This document shows, piece by piece, positions 39,979-53,600 of a stretch of 64,000 bases of DNA (its first letter is position 1; the number at the start of each line of letters is the position of its first letter). The position numbers and the translations under genes are program-made. The notes beneath the pieces are model-generated. The model ran no database searches, was not told the origin of the DNA, and saw nothing but the letters and a program-made list of their open reading frames with translations. Source of the stretch: Catajapyx aquilonaris (lineage: Eukaryota); assembly GCA_000934665.2 (NCBI GenBank), contig JYFJ02000553.1:1-64000 (forward strand), in the 5' to 3' direction.

Positions 39979-42900
39979 TTAAAAATCCCCCCNTTCATCC
40001 CCTCCTCCCCCACCCCCCATACCAAAGATCCCTTTGCGATCTGCAGGGGGCCACTCATCATCCACATCATCGGATGTGATGGCAGCATTCCATCTGCGGC
40101 CCCACTTCTTGGCAGGGGGCTCGTAATCATGGTCATCCACCAGGATGTTTGTGGTGGTGTCCATCTCCTGAAGGAGGGAGACCTTCTCCATGAATTCCTC
40201 CACTGGTGAGGCGGACTTTGACAGAAGGGTGCGGGAACGACCTGGAATCAAGAAGGGACAATTGTCAAAACTAATGTCTCATTCCAACAAGTTTTCCAAC
40301 AACATATATGCTGTGTGACTTCAGTATTACTATGCACAACGAGTCCGTTTCAGTGAATTAATTTCTCACAAGAATTATTTGGACTTATGCAGTGTTTACA
40401 AGCCTCATAAGGTTCACATGGTTCAGGTCATACACTGTAGATATGTCAATACACCAGAAATTTTGCAATGGGTGCCTGTCACAATTATTTATTATGTCTC
40501 AGAGTTTGCTTGTTCTGCTTCGGAAACACACCCAAATGACAAAAATTCTCAAGGTGAAGCTGTACTGAAGGGTGCATTACTGCTTTCCAAAAATTACTCT
40601 CTCATATTGCCATTTCCTTCGACCAATGGCTTGTACCGGCTTGTACAATTCATGTACGTACTACTGTGCTCAACATGATCAAGATGACATTAAATTTCGT
40701 TCTGACACAAAATCATCCATATCGTTTTCAGCAATACAGTACATGAGGTACTATATCGCCCAAAAAGATAGAGACGATTTTGCATTTGACTCAAGTGCAA
40801 CTTGCACTTGAATCAAATGCCAATCGTCTCTATCTTTTTGAGCGATATAGTACATGCCATGCAATTTAAACAAACCTTGCTCTAAAACAAATGTGTCAAG
40901 ATATTATCAACAAGAGATACGCAGAAGTCCTTTGCATGATATGAAAATTGTGTGCAGAATTGTCATTCTACAAAGTCAAGGAACTATTTTCAACTTATGA
41001 GAGGTTTCAAATTCTGATAATATTCCTTGGGGACATGTTCTGGAGGTAACCCTCACCAGCACGTACTCTCCCTTCATGCATGCACAAAAAAAATTGATGG
41101 TGCCATGCTGTAAGTCGCACACCAAATCAAACGTATCTCTGATGTTGTAATGTTTAATCATTCGCTGATAACATATTGACTTTGCAGGAGGCTTCCTAAT
41201 GGATTAACCAGCTGACTGATAACTACCTTGGCATTCACCTTGAATATTGACTAACAGTAAGCAATGGCTATCTGTTGACATAACAGCAGGCCCTGCAATA
41301 ATTTAAACCTCCTGAATAAAAAGGCAACATGAAGCTGTAAACAAGAGGCAACATTCTTCTGCCAAGTCAACAAAATATCTATCATGTTTCACTAACGTGA
41401 AAGCTTGGAATTTGTGGAATAATCACCGACAGTGTTTGTAATGCCTCCTATAATAAAATGCAGTCAACACATTCCCAAGATTGCCACTGAATGCTCACCT
41501 CTTCCACCAACTGCGGGGACCCTTGGCATCCCGACATCTCCTTCCCCACCTCCGCCGCCTTCCCCTCCTCCTCCGCTTCCACTTTTGTGCATGTTGGGCA
41601 CTAGGAAGAGGGCCATGGAGAGCAACAGCACCATGAGGCAAGTGCTGGTCTGCACAGGTCGGGTTGATCCATGGACAATGAGACCTTGTAACTTCTTCAA
41701 CTGCTGACTTAAGGTCTGGTTATGCGTCTCTAATAAACGAATACGTTTCTGAAGCGCATGGTTTTCCTCTGTGCATTTCTGAACCCTAGCTTCCAACCCG
41801 TCAACATACTCCTTCTTGCGTTTGCGAGAGTCTTGTGCAGATATTTTGTTGCGAATCTTTCTTCTGATGCGCTTAAGTTCACGCTCCTCCTGTTTGGTTA
41901 ATGGAAAATGTGAAGGCAAGGATATCCCTTCTTTTATCAGCAACCTCTTTTCCTCATCGGAAAGGTCTAAACGCGGATAGGTGCCATCTGCGTTTTCTGT
42001 GGGCTGTTCTGATCCGGAACATGACGACGACGATGAATTTGACCTCTCAGGCTTGATGGGTGTGGCCATTCGCCTGAAGCTCCCATTGACTGTGATGGCA
42101 TTCGTGGCAATTATCTTCACACCTTTAAGGTCCTTCATGTCTCGGAGCTTCACTGGCAAGAGGATGGAGCGGGGATTGCCATGATGAATACTTCCGGCTG
42201 GGAGGGTGATGATGCGAGGCTTGTTGTTACTACTGCGAGGGGACTTGGAAGGGGGGTCTATTGTTATTGTGGTGGACGTCACATCTGCTGGAAAAAAATG
42301 AAAACCATTTTTATTAAAGGAAACATTTACTTCCTTACAGTTAATGCATAGCATCCTAAAACAGCTTGCCTATTGCTTACAGCTAATAATACCGGCTACT
42401 CCACACAACAACCTCATTTTTATGGTCTTTTACACTCCAAAGAATAGCAACATATCACACTCTTCATGTAGTATTTCTCCCCATGAGGTGAGTTCTTTTA
42501 AAGTGATTATTCTAATCATACACAGATTGGACAATAAGTCACTTGGTAAGGCATTTTCTTGCACACTGGAACACAATGCACAATGGTGGCATTTATGAGG
42601 TGTTGCTGTCAACAGGAAGTTCTTTCTCACTATGTAATGCAGGTAAGTCATATATTTTAGGACACACATAGCTGGCAATGAGTGTATTTCCTACCTCATA
42701 TCAGAGGTAGCCTTGAAAACTGAGAGCCATGTACAACTTCAGGAAGTGCGGTACAAAACCTCTCAAATATAATTGCAATGATATAACATTTCTTTTCTGC
42801 TAAGGTAAGTAGTGTATGTTCAAGAATTAAAAATCATTGCTCTTTTACATCAGCTAATATCCAGTAAATTTTAATTACAACCACTAGCCAAGGGTGGCCT

Positions 42901-44223
42901 TAATTAGTTGGCCAGCCTTCCCTCTTTCAAGAAGGTCCCAAAGGCGACATCCAATTTCCAAGTACAATATGAGAAGTCACTGGCCCCCAAAGATCAACAT
43001 GTGGCGGCAGCATTGTGAAAGGGTGCAATCTAGGCTGCACGAACAATAAAACCCAATGACTAGTACTTCTATATGCGGAGAAAATCTGCAACAGGAATGT
43101 ACCCCAGATCTAGAACAAGGCCAGAGAAAGGCCATCTTTTCCCTTTCCCACACCGGTTGTGCCATGTGGCAGGGTCTAAAATTCAAATCAACTCTTGTTG
43201 CATGAGTATTCTAATGAAGCTCTGGATCAACATATGGCACATTACAAATGCTAAAAACAGATGGGAAAAAAAAGAAATTATCAAAATTCTAATTTTTAAA
43301 GGTCCAGAACCATCTACATGAGCGGCGAAAAAAACTGCCAACATTTCATGTCATATGAAACACATGAAAATTCAGCAGGAATCACTGAAGATTGCATCAC
43401 AAAACATGCCAAAGTTCATAGCCTGAATCAGCACCAGCCAATTATATTAATGCATGGCTATATTATATTGGGCCAGTAATTTTCGCAACAAAATAGAGGA
43501 ACAGAAGAACCCACACGTGAAAAAATTATCTCAATGCATTCGGTGCAACTTTTTCTGATATGTAACACAAAGTTATATTAGGATGTTACAAAACACTTAA
43601 ATGAAAGAGTTCACAACCGAGTGTCACAGTTCACGTTTATCACATAATCCTTCCTGAAGATTGCACCGTAATAAAATTACTCTGAGATTACGAGTGTATA
43701 TACACAGTTTGTTATCAAGAACTTACGAAATATAAGTTATATAAGATATATAAAAAAACTGCGTGCCTGGTGAAAGGGGGTCGGCGAGGTCCTGAAGAAA
43801 CTGCACCTCTTCGGTCATCTCGGTCAAAGTTTCTTCTTTCAGGGTGGTCGTAGATCCCAGTTCCATCTCACCTCCGTCCAGCAGGCTGGCCAAGTCCGAG
43901 TTGGTATCGGTGCTGAGTGGGGACAGCCCTCCAATTTCTCCAATCCCTTCCATTGGGTCCAATCCACCATCAGGAAAAAGGGCAAACTGTTGTTCTGAGG
44001 AACTTGAATGCCCAGAGTCCGAAGCACTGCTGGCAAAGCATCCATCAGGCAGATCCAAGAGGTCGTCAGGTGGCGAGTCCATTAAGACCAGGTCAGCATC
44101 CTGGTCGATTTTGTCTCCATTGAGGATTGAGTCCAAGAATGCGTCAGTCGAGTCGGGCCAAGACGACTGGCCGAAGCCAGTCATGCGCATCGCAGCATCC
44201 ATGATGTCTCCAGTGTCCTTCAT
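39979..44223 (-). CDS. Membrane-tethered bZIP transcription factor, CREB3/Luman/CREB3L family, ~502 aa
   Basis: Exons 44223-43767 (donor uncertain, possibly GC), 42287-41499 and 40241-39979. Motifs: ATB motif [28 protein letters not shown], b[28 protein letters not shown] segment [15 protein letters not shown], and S1P-like site RTLL. An N at 39993 makes the extreme C-terminus uncertain. Confidence 0.88.
40751..40850. mobile_element. TA-flanked ~100-bp near-perfect palindromic mini-element
   Basis: Arms of ~50 bp with a 1-nt centre at 40801 and TA on both sides. An older, similar copy is adjacent at ~40658-40742. Confidence 0.8.
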
Positions 44224-44485
44224 CTTTCCATAACTACCAGGTCACACTCTGCAAAAAGACACAAAGTTTAGCAGATATTCCCACTCGCATGTCTGGACGG
44301 CAGAAGTGAAATAGTCTACAATCAAGGAGCACATGTTGTGTCTGGGTACTAATTACAGAACATCTGATGTGTGAGTAACATTTCGAAAATGATTCATTCA
44401 GCACATATGTATGCAAGGTGGTTTTAAACCTGGTGTTTATTTCTACACACAGAGCTTGAACGTTGACTTTACATTTTCTTCTTAA

Positions 44486-44646
44486 AGGTGCGTCTACAAG
44501 TGAGCGGTTTGATGAACGAAATCTTTGCAGAGGCTGAAATTAACAATAGATTTTCGCCTCAAACAATATTGGTTACTTGGGTACTTAGCCTCTGCGAAGA
44601 TTTCACTCTGCTTCGCTCATCAAATCGCTCACATGTAACCGCACCG
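44486..44646. mobile_element. PIF/Harbinger-like MITE
   Basis: Imperfect TIRs GGTGCGTCTACAAGTGAGCG… and …CGCTCACATGTAACCGCACC, internal inverted repeats, and TAA on both flanks. Confidence 0.7.
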
Positions 44647-47600
44647 TAAGCTGGAATCAGCAGCATGTCTAATTAGTTATTTCAGAAAAATTCTTGAAAT
44701 ATTTAACATTCGTCGTCATTTAAATGTTACATTTTTTTTAAAAAAAAGGACACCTTTGAAAACAATAGCAGTGATGCATCTATTAAAATGTTTCAGCATT
44801 ATATTCAACAATATGTAGCAGGCACAGCTTACAACTTCAATACACACTACCAGGCACAAGAAAGCTGTATGACTTCCTGATACGTAGGGTATGCCAAAAA
44901 TTCCATCATGTATACACAAATTCTTGCGGGGGCCCACTCCAACCAACAACAAAACAACATCCGCGACAAGATAACAACACCCATGCCCTTATCACATGTA
45001 ATATTCATGCAAAACATGACAAAATGGCAAAAACTTGCGAATGCAACCGGCACTGATTAAACTGCACAAAAACACACAGCCAAGGTCAAGTGCGGTGCTG
45101 AATTGCTTTTCCCAATCAGCTACATGTTCCATGCTGCCAGTAATGGCACAAGAGCTGCGTACCACACACACCTGTCCATATGCCAACCGCATTCCATATG
45201 GACACGAGTCCCACCTCCCCCAAAAAAGTGCCACATCCCAGAGAGGGCCAACGACCTGACCTCACCCCCTCCTCTCCCTCAGTCCCTCCACCGCACCCAC
45301 CCGTAACAACAGGCCCTGTTAGAAGAAGTAGAAGGGGGGGGGAAAAAAAAGAACAGTTACGGGACAGTATGGCGGTGTCTTTACCTCCGCCCCGTCCTCC
45401 AGCCAGAGATGGAATGTCCGTCGGTTGTTGTCATGCAGAGTCCCTCGCGGCACGAGACGTGTCCCAGGCCAGGTGGTCAACTCCAGCAGGGCGGATGATG
45501 CAAGCCGGCTGTAGGGTTGCCCTTCCCTACTAGAAGAGTGATTCCCACCTCAACAGGAGGGGATGAATCAGACTGGGAGTACCCCTCACGAGTAAATGAG
45601 CGAGGGAAGGAGAGGCCGATCCGCACCCCTCCAACGTGGAAGGAAGACCCGTGGCGGGATCTGGTGGGAAAGGGTAGACGGAAGCTACATGGGTCGAATC
45701 GAGCAGAGCTGCTTCAAGGAGGGAATATAGCCAAATTCTGGTATGACGTCACTGGGGAGGGGCGTAGCCATGCATCTGTGCTGCTCACCTTGTTATTTTC
45801 GCGAGGAAACGAGGTCCGAGGATGATCGATGATTGCATGAGACATTACATTACATTGTATAGTGTATTGACAGTCCAATATGTAATGTAAATGGCCTAAT
45901 GTCTCACCGATTTTTGGCACGTGCAGTCATTATACATATGGAGAAGACATCCTCAGCATACAAGTTGGCTTTTTAAGATCTACTTTTTTGTCTCTTCAAG
46001 GAAATTGATCTGCTTGGACTTATCAGGACTGATGACACAAATTCACATTAATTTTGCCAGATAATTATTCTGAGAATATAGGGAATGTCTGTTATGCAAA
46101 CGCGACACTTGTCGCTACAATTAATGATCACACAACATTTTTTTTTTCTTGAAAAGCATGACGTCAAGATTGAAAAAAACTTTATCCTATATACCCCAAT
46201 GTCGCGGTCATAGTTGTATAGTATAATTATATGACTGTTAATTTGTCTTAGACGGGGAAAGGCGTGCTGTAATTAGGATTGTTAAAAAGACAATTGCATT
46301 GCCGGTGAACCAAGCACACAATTATGTTTCTTTACACATATATAATGTTACGTCACGATGTGCATGTAAAGTGTCGGAAACGTGACTCGATTATATTAGG
46401 AGGAAATCCCCTGGTCGCAAACACGTACAAAAACTATGCCGTCTGACCTCGACGTTGATTTACACTTCCTAGGCGAGAACAAAAAAACTGTGTACTACTG
46501 GCAATAAAAAAAACTGTGCACTGGTGTAGTCATTACGGCTGCAGCGCTGGCCAGATGCTGCTCATGTCTCATATCACATACTTGGTTTGTTATGCCCATA
46601 CCATCAGCAAGTGGAATGAGTCAACAGCGGCTGTTTACAAAATATGTGACAGTGAAGTACTGTTCGTGTATCTTGTGCTATACATTGTCACTACTTGTAT
46701 ACGTGTACTGTTCAAATATCGGAAGCCATTCACCGAGCTGATAAGAAGTGTGAGTTTTTTTTCTAAGTAAGATCAAGATCTGTTGCATCATGCGGGCTGC
46801 CATCATTGATTGTCAGATACTGAGAGGATATAGAGGAAATATTATACACAGTACAACAACACATTCATTTCCCGTGATGGGTTATTGCACTCGCGGTATA
46901 CATCAGAGGACAATAGTTGTTTCAGTGATGAAGCGGAACGAAAAAGTGCTTGCTGACATGTGGGGGGCTGAAATAATAGTCAGGCTCAGAGCGCAATATC
47001 TGAAAAAGAAAATGAGGGTAGTAAATATTTCGACCTTCATATCTCAGCGTGAACTTTCATTGAAAATATAGATAAGAATTAAACTTGTTACGACTAAAGT
47101 ACTGGACTTATGAGGGCATCAAAAATTGGCATGCAATTTTGCACTCATTGATCAAAAGTCAACTACAGAGTTTGATGATTGTATCTTTACAACAGGCTGG
47201 AAATAAAATAATTCAAGACTCGCTTGTCATGACTGTTATGCCTCTTAATTATCAGAACTAACATACTTATGGCACTCTTCTTTCCATTCTACACTGAGAT
47301 CAAGTATACAGAGTTTTAATCTTGTTTGGAAAGTTTGTGCAATTTTTTGTGTGAAAAGTTATCCACCCCAGTCTTCTAATATTAGATTATGCACTCTGTA
47401 AAACAGATGGCACAATGCACGTCATGCATCAAAAAGTGGACTTTGAGGTCAAGCAGACGGTTTTTGTAAGATGTCACTTGTTTCACTATGGTAAACAAAA
47501 TTTTCCTATGGATTGTAATAAAAACGTGCAAAATGCGACATAAGGATTCCTAATCAATCATGTAATCACTGCCACCACTGACCTTTGCAGCGCTCAGGCT

Positions 47601-50600
47601 TCATAACGTGGCACTCTAGACCAATGTTGCGACTGTTCTGAATGAAACACATGGTGTAACATGAAGCATATGAAGTCCGAATTCATTTATATAGGTCCAA
47701 ATGCGATTATACCAGGTGTAAGGGATAAGTTACGTAGCACACACCAATGGTGCGGGCCAATAAATATTGCACAGCACAAAGAATTAAACGGTGTCTCTTT
47801 CCATTGGAGGCAGTAATTATTTACCTCTGGTTTATTTAAGGCTTACCTCTGTACATTCTTCCGATCCACTGAATTTCACATCCAACAATGCAAGCGCAAA
47901 AAGAGTGGAGACAAAAAGAAAACTATGGTGCTGTGACAAATAAACCAAAGACTGTTGTGTTCAGCCTTACCACCAGCTGACCTTTGTTTTTTGTTTGTTT
48001 TTTTGCTTGTTTTAAAACCATTTCTGTATATTACTCCAAGTATAATTGGCGCGGCAATCGTTGAGCTGGAGAATGTTACAAATGGGACGTAGTACTTGTC
48101 GTATTCTGGCATTTCGAGATTTGTACCGGACAGCACGAGGAACGATTGGAAACGAGAGAATAAACGATCACTGGCTACGATACCACTATTATATATACTT
48201 TTTTGTTTAAATACCGTACACTACGAGTCCACAAGATAATTGTATGAGGTATGTTTGATACTGGCTGTATGGTCAAAAAATTGTATATAAGTGAGTATGT
48301 AGCTACAGATTAAAATGGGAAAAGTGTTTACTTTATTGTCCAAGTTAGTTGCTGAGAAAGGCTTCTACGTGCAATTGTCGTCTAGGAAGTGGAGGCGTGT
48401 TTTTATTATATTTTTTTATTAGGATCTCACGGCGCGAAAAAAATGAGCGCCGTTTATTGTCCTGTAGCATGTGACTATATATCTTTGGTGGCGCTGCTGA
48501 TGTCAACTAGGTTTACTTGCAAAAGTCTCCAGCTCAACAAAACCTCAGCTTTTTTTTTTTCAACAAAAAAAAATAACCCACCAAGAACAAATTGACATGA
48601 ACCCAAAAACAAGTTTGTCGACTACATTTGGAAAAACGGTGCGTGACCCCAAAAATATACACTTGACAGACGATATGGATTATTGAGATAGATATTAGAA
48701 GGGAGAAAAAATATATGTGTGTGGAAGGCCAAAAAACGTGGATCCCATTAGAAAGAAAGTAAACTTCGTGGTCACCTGCGGAGTAACCGACAGTTCGATT
48801 CAAAACCCAGGGGTATAAGTTACAAGCATTACGTATCATCATTGTAAGCAAAGTTGACGCGTCGCACCTCACCGAGCCATCAGGTACACTTTCCTTCCTC
48901 TCGTTTGGAAACAGACAAAAAAAAACATGTTTGAGGGAGAGGGTAGGGAGTAACAGGCGGCTGTGGGGGGAGAAAGGGGAGGAGGAGCAATTACAGGTTA
49001 TTTACGGGTAATGAGGGAGGGGGATTTAAACACTCCACCGCTGATATGACCACTCGAATTCAACAGTTACAAGTGTAGGAGGTATACAAACATGGCGGGA
49101 TCTACGTTCCTACCGCGTATTCAGTTGGCGCCTACATCGATTTATTTTTATTTTATTAATTATTTATATTCCTACAGTTCGAGGCTTTGGGGAGTTGGAC
49201 TAGAGTAAAAAAGGGATATTTCTCTAAATTTGCCAACGTTTTCACGGATTGGAGCAAACTCAAAACATGTTTGATATACCTCCCGACACGTTCGTACAGT
49301 AATGGAAGAGCGAGAAATAATTGTTGTTATATACAGTCAATTTACAAGTACGGAAAAAACTGCATTTACACCAACAAGTTAAGTGTTTTGCTTCTTTTCT
49401 TTTAAGGTTTGTCTTTTTTGTTAAGTATCCTACATCATTCACATTATTATACATCATGTAGAAAAGACGACAACATACCTTGAACCACACACGACCGTCG
49501 AGGGAAAAAAATAAATGAAATGGAAAAAGGAAAAAGATTCTGAGAGCGTATAATATTGTCCCTAACTGTTGTGTATCGTGTCCTGTTGAGTGATTTTTTT
49601 TTACTTCTTCTTACTCTTTGTCTCCCTTTTGCCTCCGAGATATTCAATCTTTGGAAGAAATGCAGACCACTGGCAGACAAAAAAGGGATGTCAAAAATAA
49701 AGTATTGAAAAATCTGTATAGAAACGCTCACTTATACGTGTATACCGTACGAAAGTGACACGGTTGTATTTTTTCTTTCTTTCTTTTCTTCTCTTTAGGG
49801 AGAATTGCTGGTTAGGGTTAAAGGGGTGGATGGATGTGATGGTTGAAACGTAATAAACCTCACACACACGCACTCACAATTATTATTTTTATACCCATCG
49901 TAGAGGCCACAATTCCACCTCATTGCAGAGAACAACGTCACGCATACCGTTCACCCGTCACAAAACTGTCTTTTGAATCCGAAAGCAAAGCAGTACCAAC
50001 AATACACCAGTTGGGAATAAGCTAAGCATGCTGGTCCCAGTTCAATGCCAATGAGGCTTCATTGCAACCTTTTTTCATTCCTTTTTCCTCCTTCGGGAAG
50101 CAAAAAATCCTGGCGCAGTCGTGCTGTGTGTGATGTATTATGTGTGTATGTGTGTGGTATGTACGTGTGTGACGAAAACTGGATAGAAGATTGGGGGAAT
50201 TAATGACACAGAATAATCACAGGCCTCACAATATCACAGAGTACCGATAAGAAAGACTTCTCTCGAAGCCAAACCAAAATTACCGAAAATCGGGGACTGT
50301 AGGAAAAAAATGAATAAAACCTGATAGCAACATATGACTGTCCAGTCTTGTTAAATGATATGGAAAAGTACGTAAGAGTTCATAAACCCCGCTGGACTCT
50401 CTCTCTTAAAACCATCTTTTTTTCACTCTTAAATATTCACCCTCATTAGTGTGCGTCAGTCGCCCGCGGACGAGTATGACCACATTAATTACCGTAATTA
50501 GTAGGGCCATCATTCGCTGGGAGTCCAAAGTCCAAAGGGGACATTTATGTCACACCCGCGGCAAAGGTGTAAGATTTTTTGTTTTTAAATCGTGGCTTAT

Positions 50601-50626
50601 TTCAGGGAGTTTTTTGGCGAGTCTTC

Positions 50627-53600
50627 TCACGGGGGATTGGCCAAGGGGTTTTCTGGTCGAACGTCCGACTTGAGTTTGACGAACTCTTTGGCCACCTCGT
50701 CGTTGGGCCGTTGCGATAGGATTCGGAGGATGGTCCAGCCCGTCTCGTCCATCTGGATGCGCTTGCCCAGCGACAACCAACACGCACAAGAACCCTGAAA
50801 ACCAAGTCCATTTTTGTTGAATGAAGCTATTTTGTGATAGTGTATCCAGAGATTTAGATTAGACAGAGACCTGTTCCACAATATCCTTCAGCTGCATGAC
50901 AGCCACTCCAACCAAGCGATCGTCTCGGGCGAAGCAGTAGTCCTTCACACATATGTGGAGATCAAAATAGTCCAAATGCTCCTCGTTTCCAATGATGCTG
51001 GATAGTAAAAGATTTCGAAGTTAATAGAGTCGTTTAGCACATGGAAAAAAGGTCTGATGATACTTACAAGTGGAACGTCTCGTTGTACTTTGGCGACCAG
51101 TTGTTCGACTTGGATTTGGTAGCGTTCTTCCTCTTCTTGTCCGCAAGGTGAGGGCCTATAAGGTTCACCTCTACGAAGGGCCTGAACATGCCCGTAGTCG
51201 TGGGCCACTTGAGGTCATTCGCTGCAACCACTGCGACAATTAAAGAATCCAGTCAGAAACAAGAGGCTATGAACTGAAATTAGATACTTAATACTCTCTG
51301 AATTATCTCCAGTGGTTTCCAGTACTTGAAGTAGCATTCACATCTTGTAAAAAATTTCCTCACTGCACTCACAAGTAAGTTTATTTTAAAAGCAATATTT
51401 TCGACAAAAGTGGAAGGAAAAATGTCTTTGATAAGAATTGTGCTGTTCAACTTGATAGTGAAGTTTAACCAGAATACATTATAAGTAGAGAGTGACAAAT
51501 TTAGACTTTAGAGAGTAAAATTATGTGGTTATACGACCTTTGACGGTGATTTTATGCTCCCCTGTTCCTGGGTGGGTGAAGAGGTCAACCTGGATGGATA
51601 CTTCGCCCACACTGCCATCCTCGACGCTGGCCATATCTGCGAAAGTGTTGCGTTAGAAATCTTGTGCTCAAAAATATTGCATGCTTTAGGCGTGCTGATT
51701 TCTCTCACAAGATGCTGAAAAATTCCCTCAGTCAAACGTGTGCATCGGAAAACATCATGCACAGCATTGGTCATGAGTCTGAGTAGAATTAGCAACAACA
51801 ATATTATCTAACTTTATATTAAAAGTAGGCTAATGTAAAACGTTGCTATATGAATTTGACATGCAATGGAATAAATTTATGTAAGAGAAACGTCCTTATG
51901 TATCACCTACGTGTGAAACAGTATGCTAAGACACTCTCATTGTATGAAGCGTTGTATGTGACCGGTGCAATGCATAAGCTGAGAGTACTGTATATTGTGC
52001 AAACTATATTGTTTTAAAGCAGCTGCACTGAATCTGGTGTGATTGTTTTTAGGCCTACTACCAAGCAGTATACCGGTACTGCGGTGCCACATGTCTCATG
52101 GAAGTGGTGACCAAATGACACTACTAATATTTTAAGCACGATGTAAATCTAGTGCGTTTCCACTGTATGAAATTTCAGGGTTTGTTTTTCTACACTAATA
52201 TGATAAAAAGGGGGAGAGAATAAGGGTATGTAAATGCATGCTAAGCAGCACTAATAAATACGCAGCGCACTATTTTGCCACACCAGACCCAAAATGGACA
52301 AAAAAAAGGTGTCCGAGAGGACCTCTCAGGCGACTATGGAAAGTTGTAAATCCTCTCGCAAAACAAGGCTTGTCACTCCTTGCTTTGTTTTGTTACCTTT
52401 ACTACCCTTTCGAAGCTCTTTGGATTTCCGGGACTTTAGCGGTTCCGCAAGACTCTCATCCTCATTGTCATCATCCCTGTCTGTTGACAGCGAGCGCTGC
52501 TCTAACGTTTTTTTGTCGTTTAGGGGTACTTTTAATTCGCAGCGTGGAGAAAGGGCACAACAGAAGGATCAGCATTTTTTGGGTGGAGGGCAGGTTAAAT
52601 ATAACACACGAGGGGTGGGTTGGGTCACAGGCACAACGTCAAAAAAAAAAAAAAGGTTCGGACATGTGTGAATCAGCTCACCTTGATTGGACTGAGATGT
52701 GATGAAGGTCTTGATGAGAGTGTCCGTGGTCTGAGTGTAGAGAGACAGGGCGTATCGCAGGGATTGCAACTCTGATGATTTCTCCAGGAAGGTCTTTTTC
52801 AGTCCGTTTCCTCCTGCGTGGAAATACTGCTTGATGGTGTCCAGAGCAATGTCCAGAACCGCACACTGCTTCGGGGACAGGTTCTTCTCCATCTCTTTAG
52901 ATATGTCCTAAAATCATACGAGTCGTGTTATCCTCATTCATATTGAATGCATCAGTATGTTCTCATAGAGTCCCTATACGGTTTTACTAAATCCCCATGT
53001 GACTACATTTCTGGATGTGCACTAGGTATTGCCCGATCAATTATTTAATTTCAATTTCATGTTTAAAAATGCCGGTTCAGGACATGCACAATTAAAATGC
53101 AACTCAGGCTGGGTGTAAAGAAGGTGTAAAACAAAGCCCGACAAAGCCCTTCCCTGCCACATTTTAATCCGAAACACAATCGTAATATGTGTGTCAGTTT
53201 TTAAACTGTGCAGGATACCATCCGTTTTCCACCCATGCGTCATGCGTCATGCTTCAATCAGCATTTTGTTACGCACCATGACCCCACTGAGAGCCGTCTT
53301 CATGTCCTGTTTACCCACCATATTGTTTTTGAACAAGCGAGTCATGTCTTCAATCTTGGCGTTGGCGGCCAGGTTCTTGGCATTGTCTGTCAGATTCTTG
53401 AAGATCATCTGCGGACAGAAGGGGGAAAAATCAGTACCAAAAATTGAGGGATTTACAGGTACAACGAAGACACATACGCTCTTATCAGTCATTGGCGGAA
53501 GCACGACGGCCTTCTCTAGTGTTCTCATGACAATCTTCCAGAGCTCCTTGAGAAGGCGTTTCAGGACGGTCTTTTCACATGATTGTGCGTAGAGGGAGAG

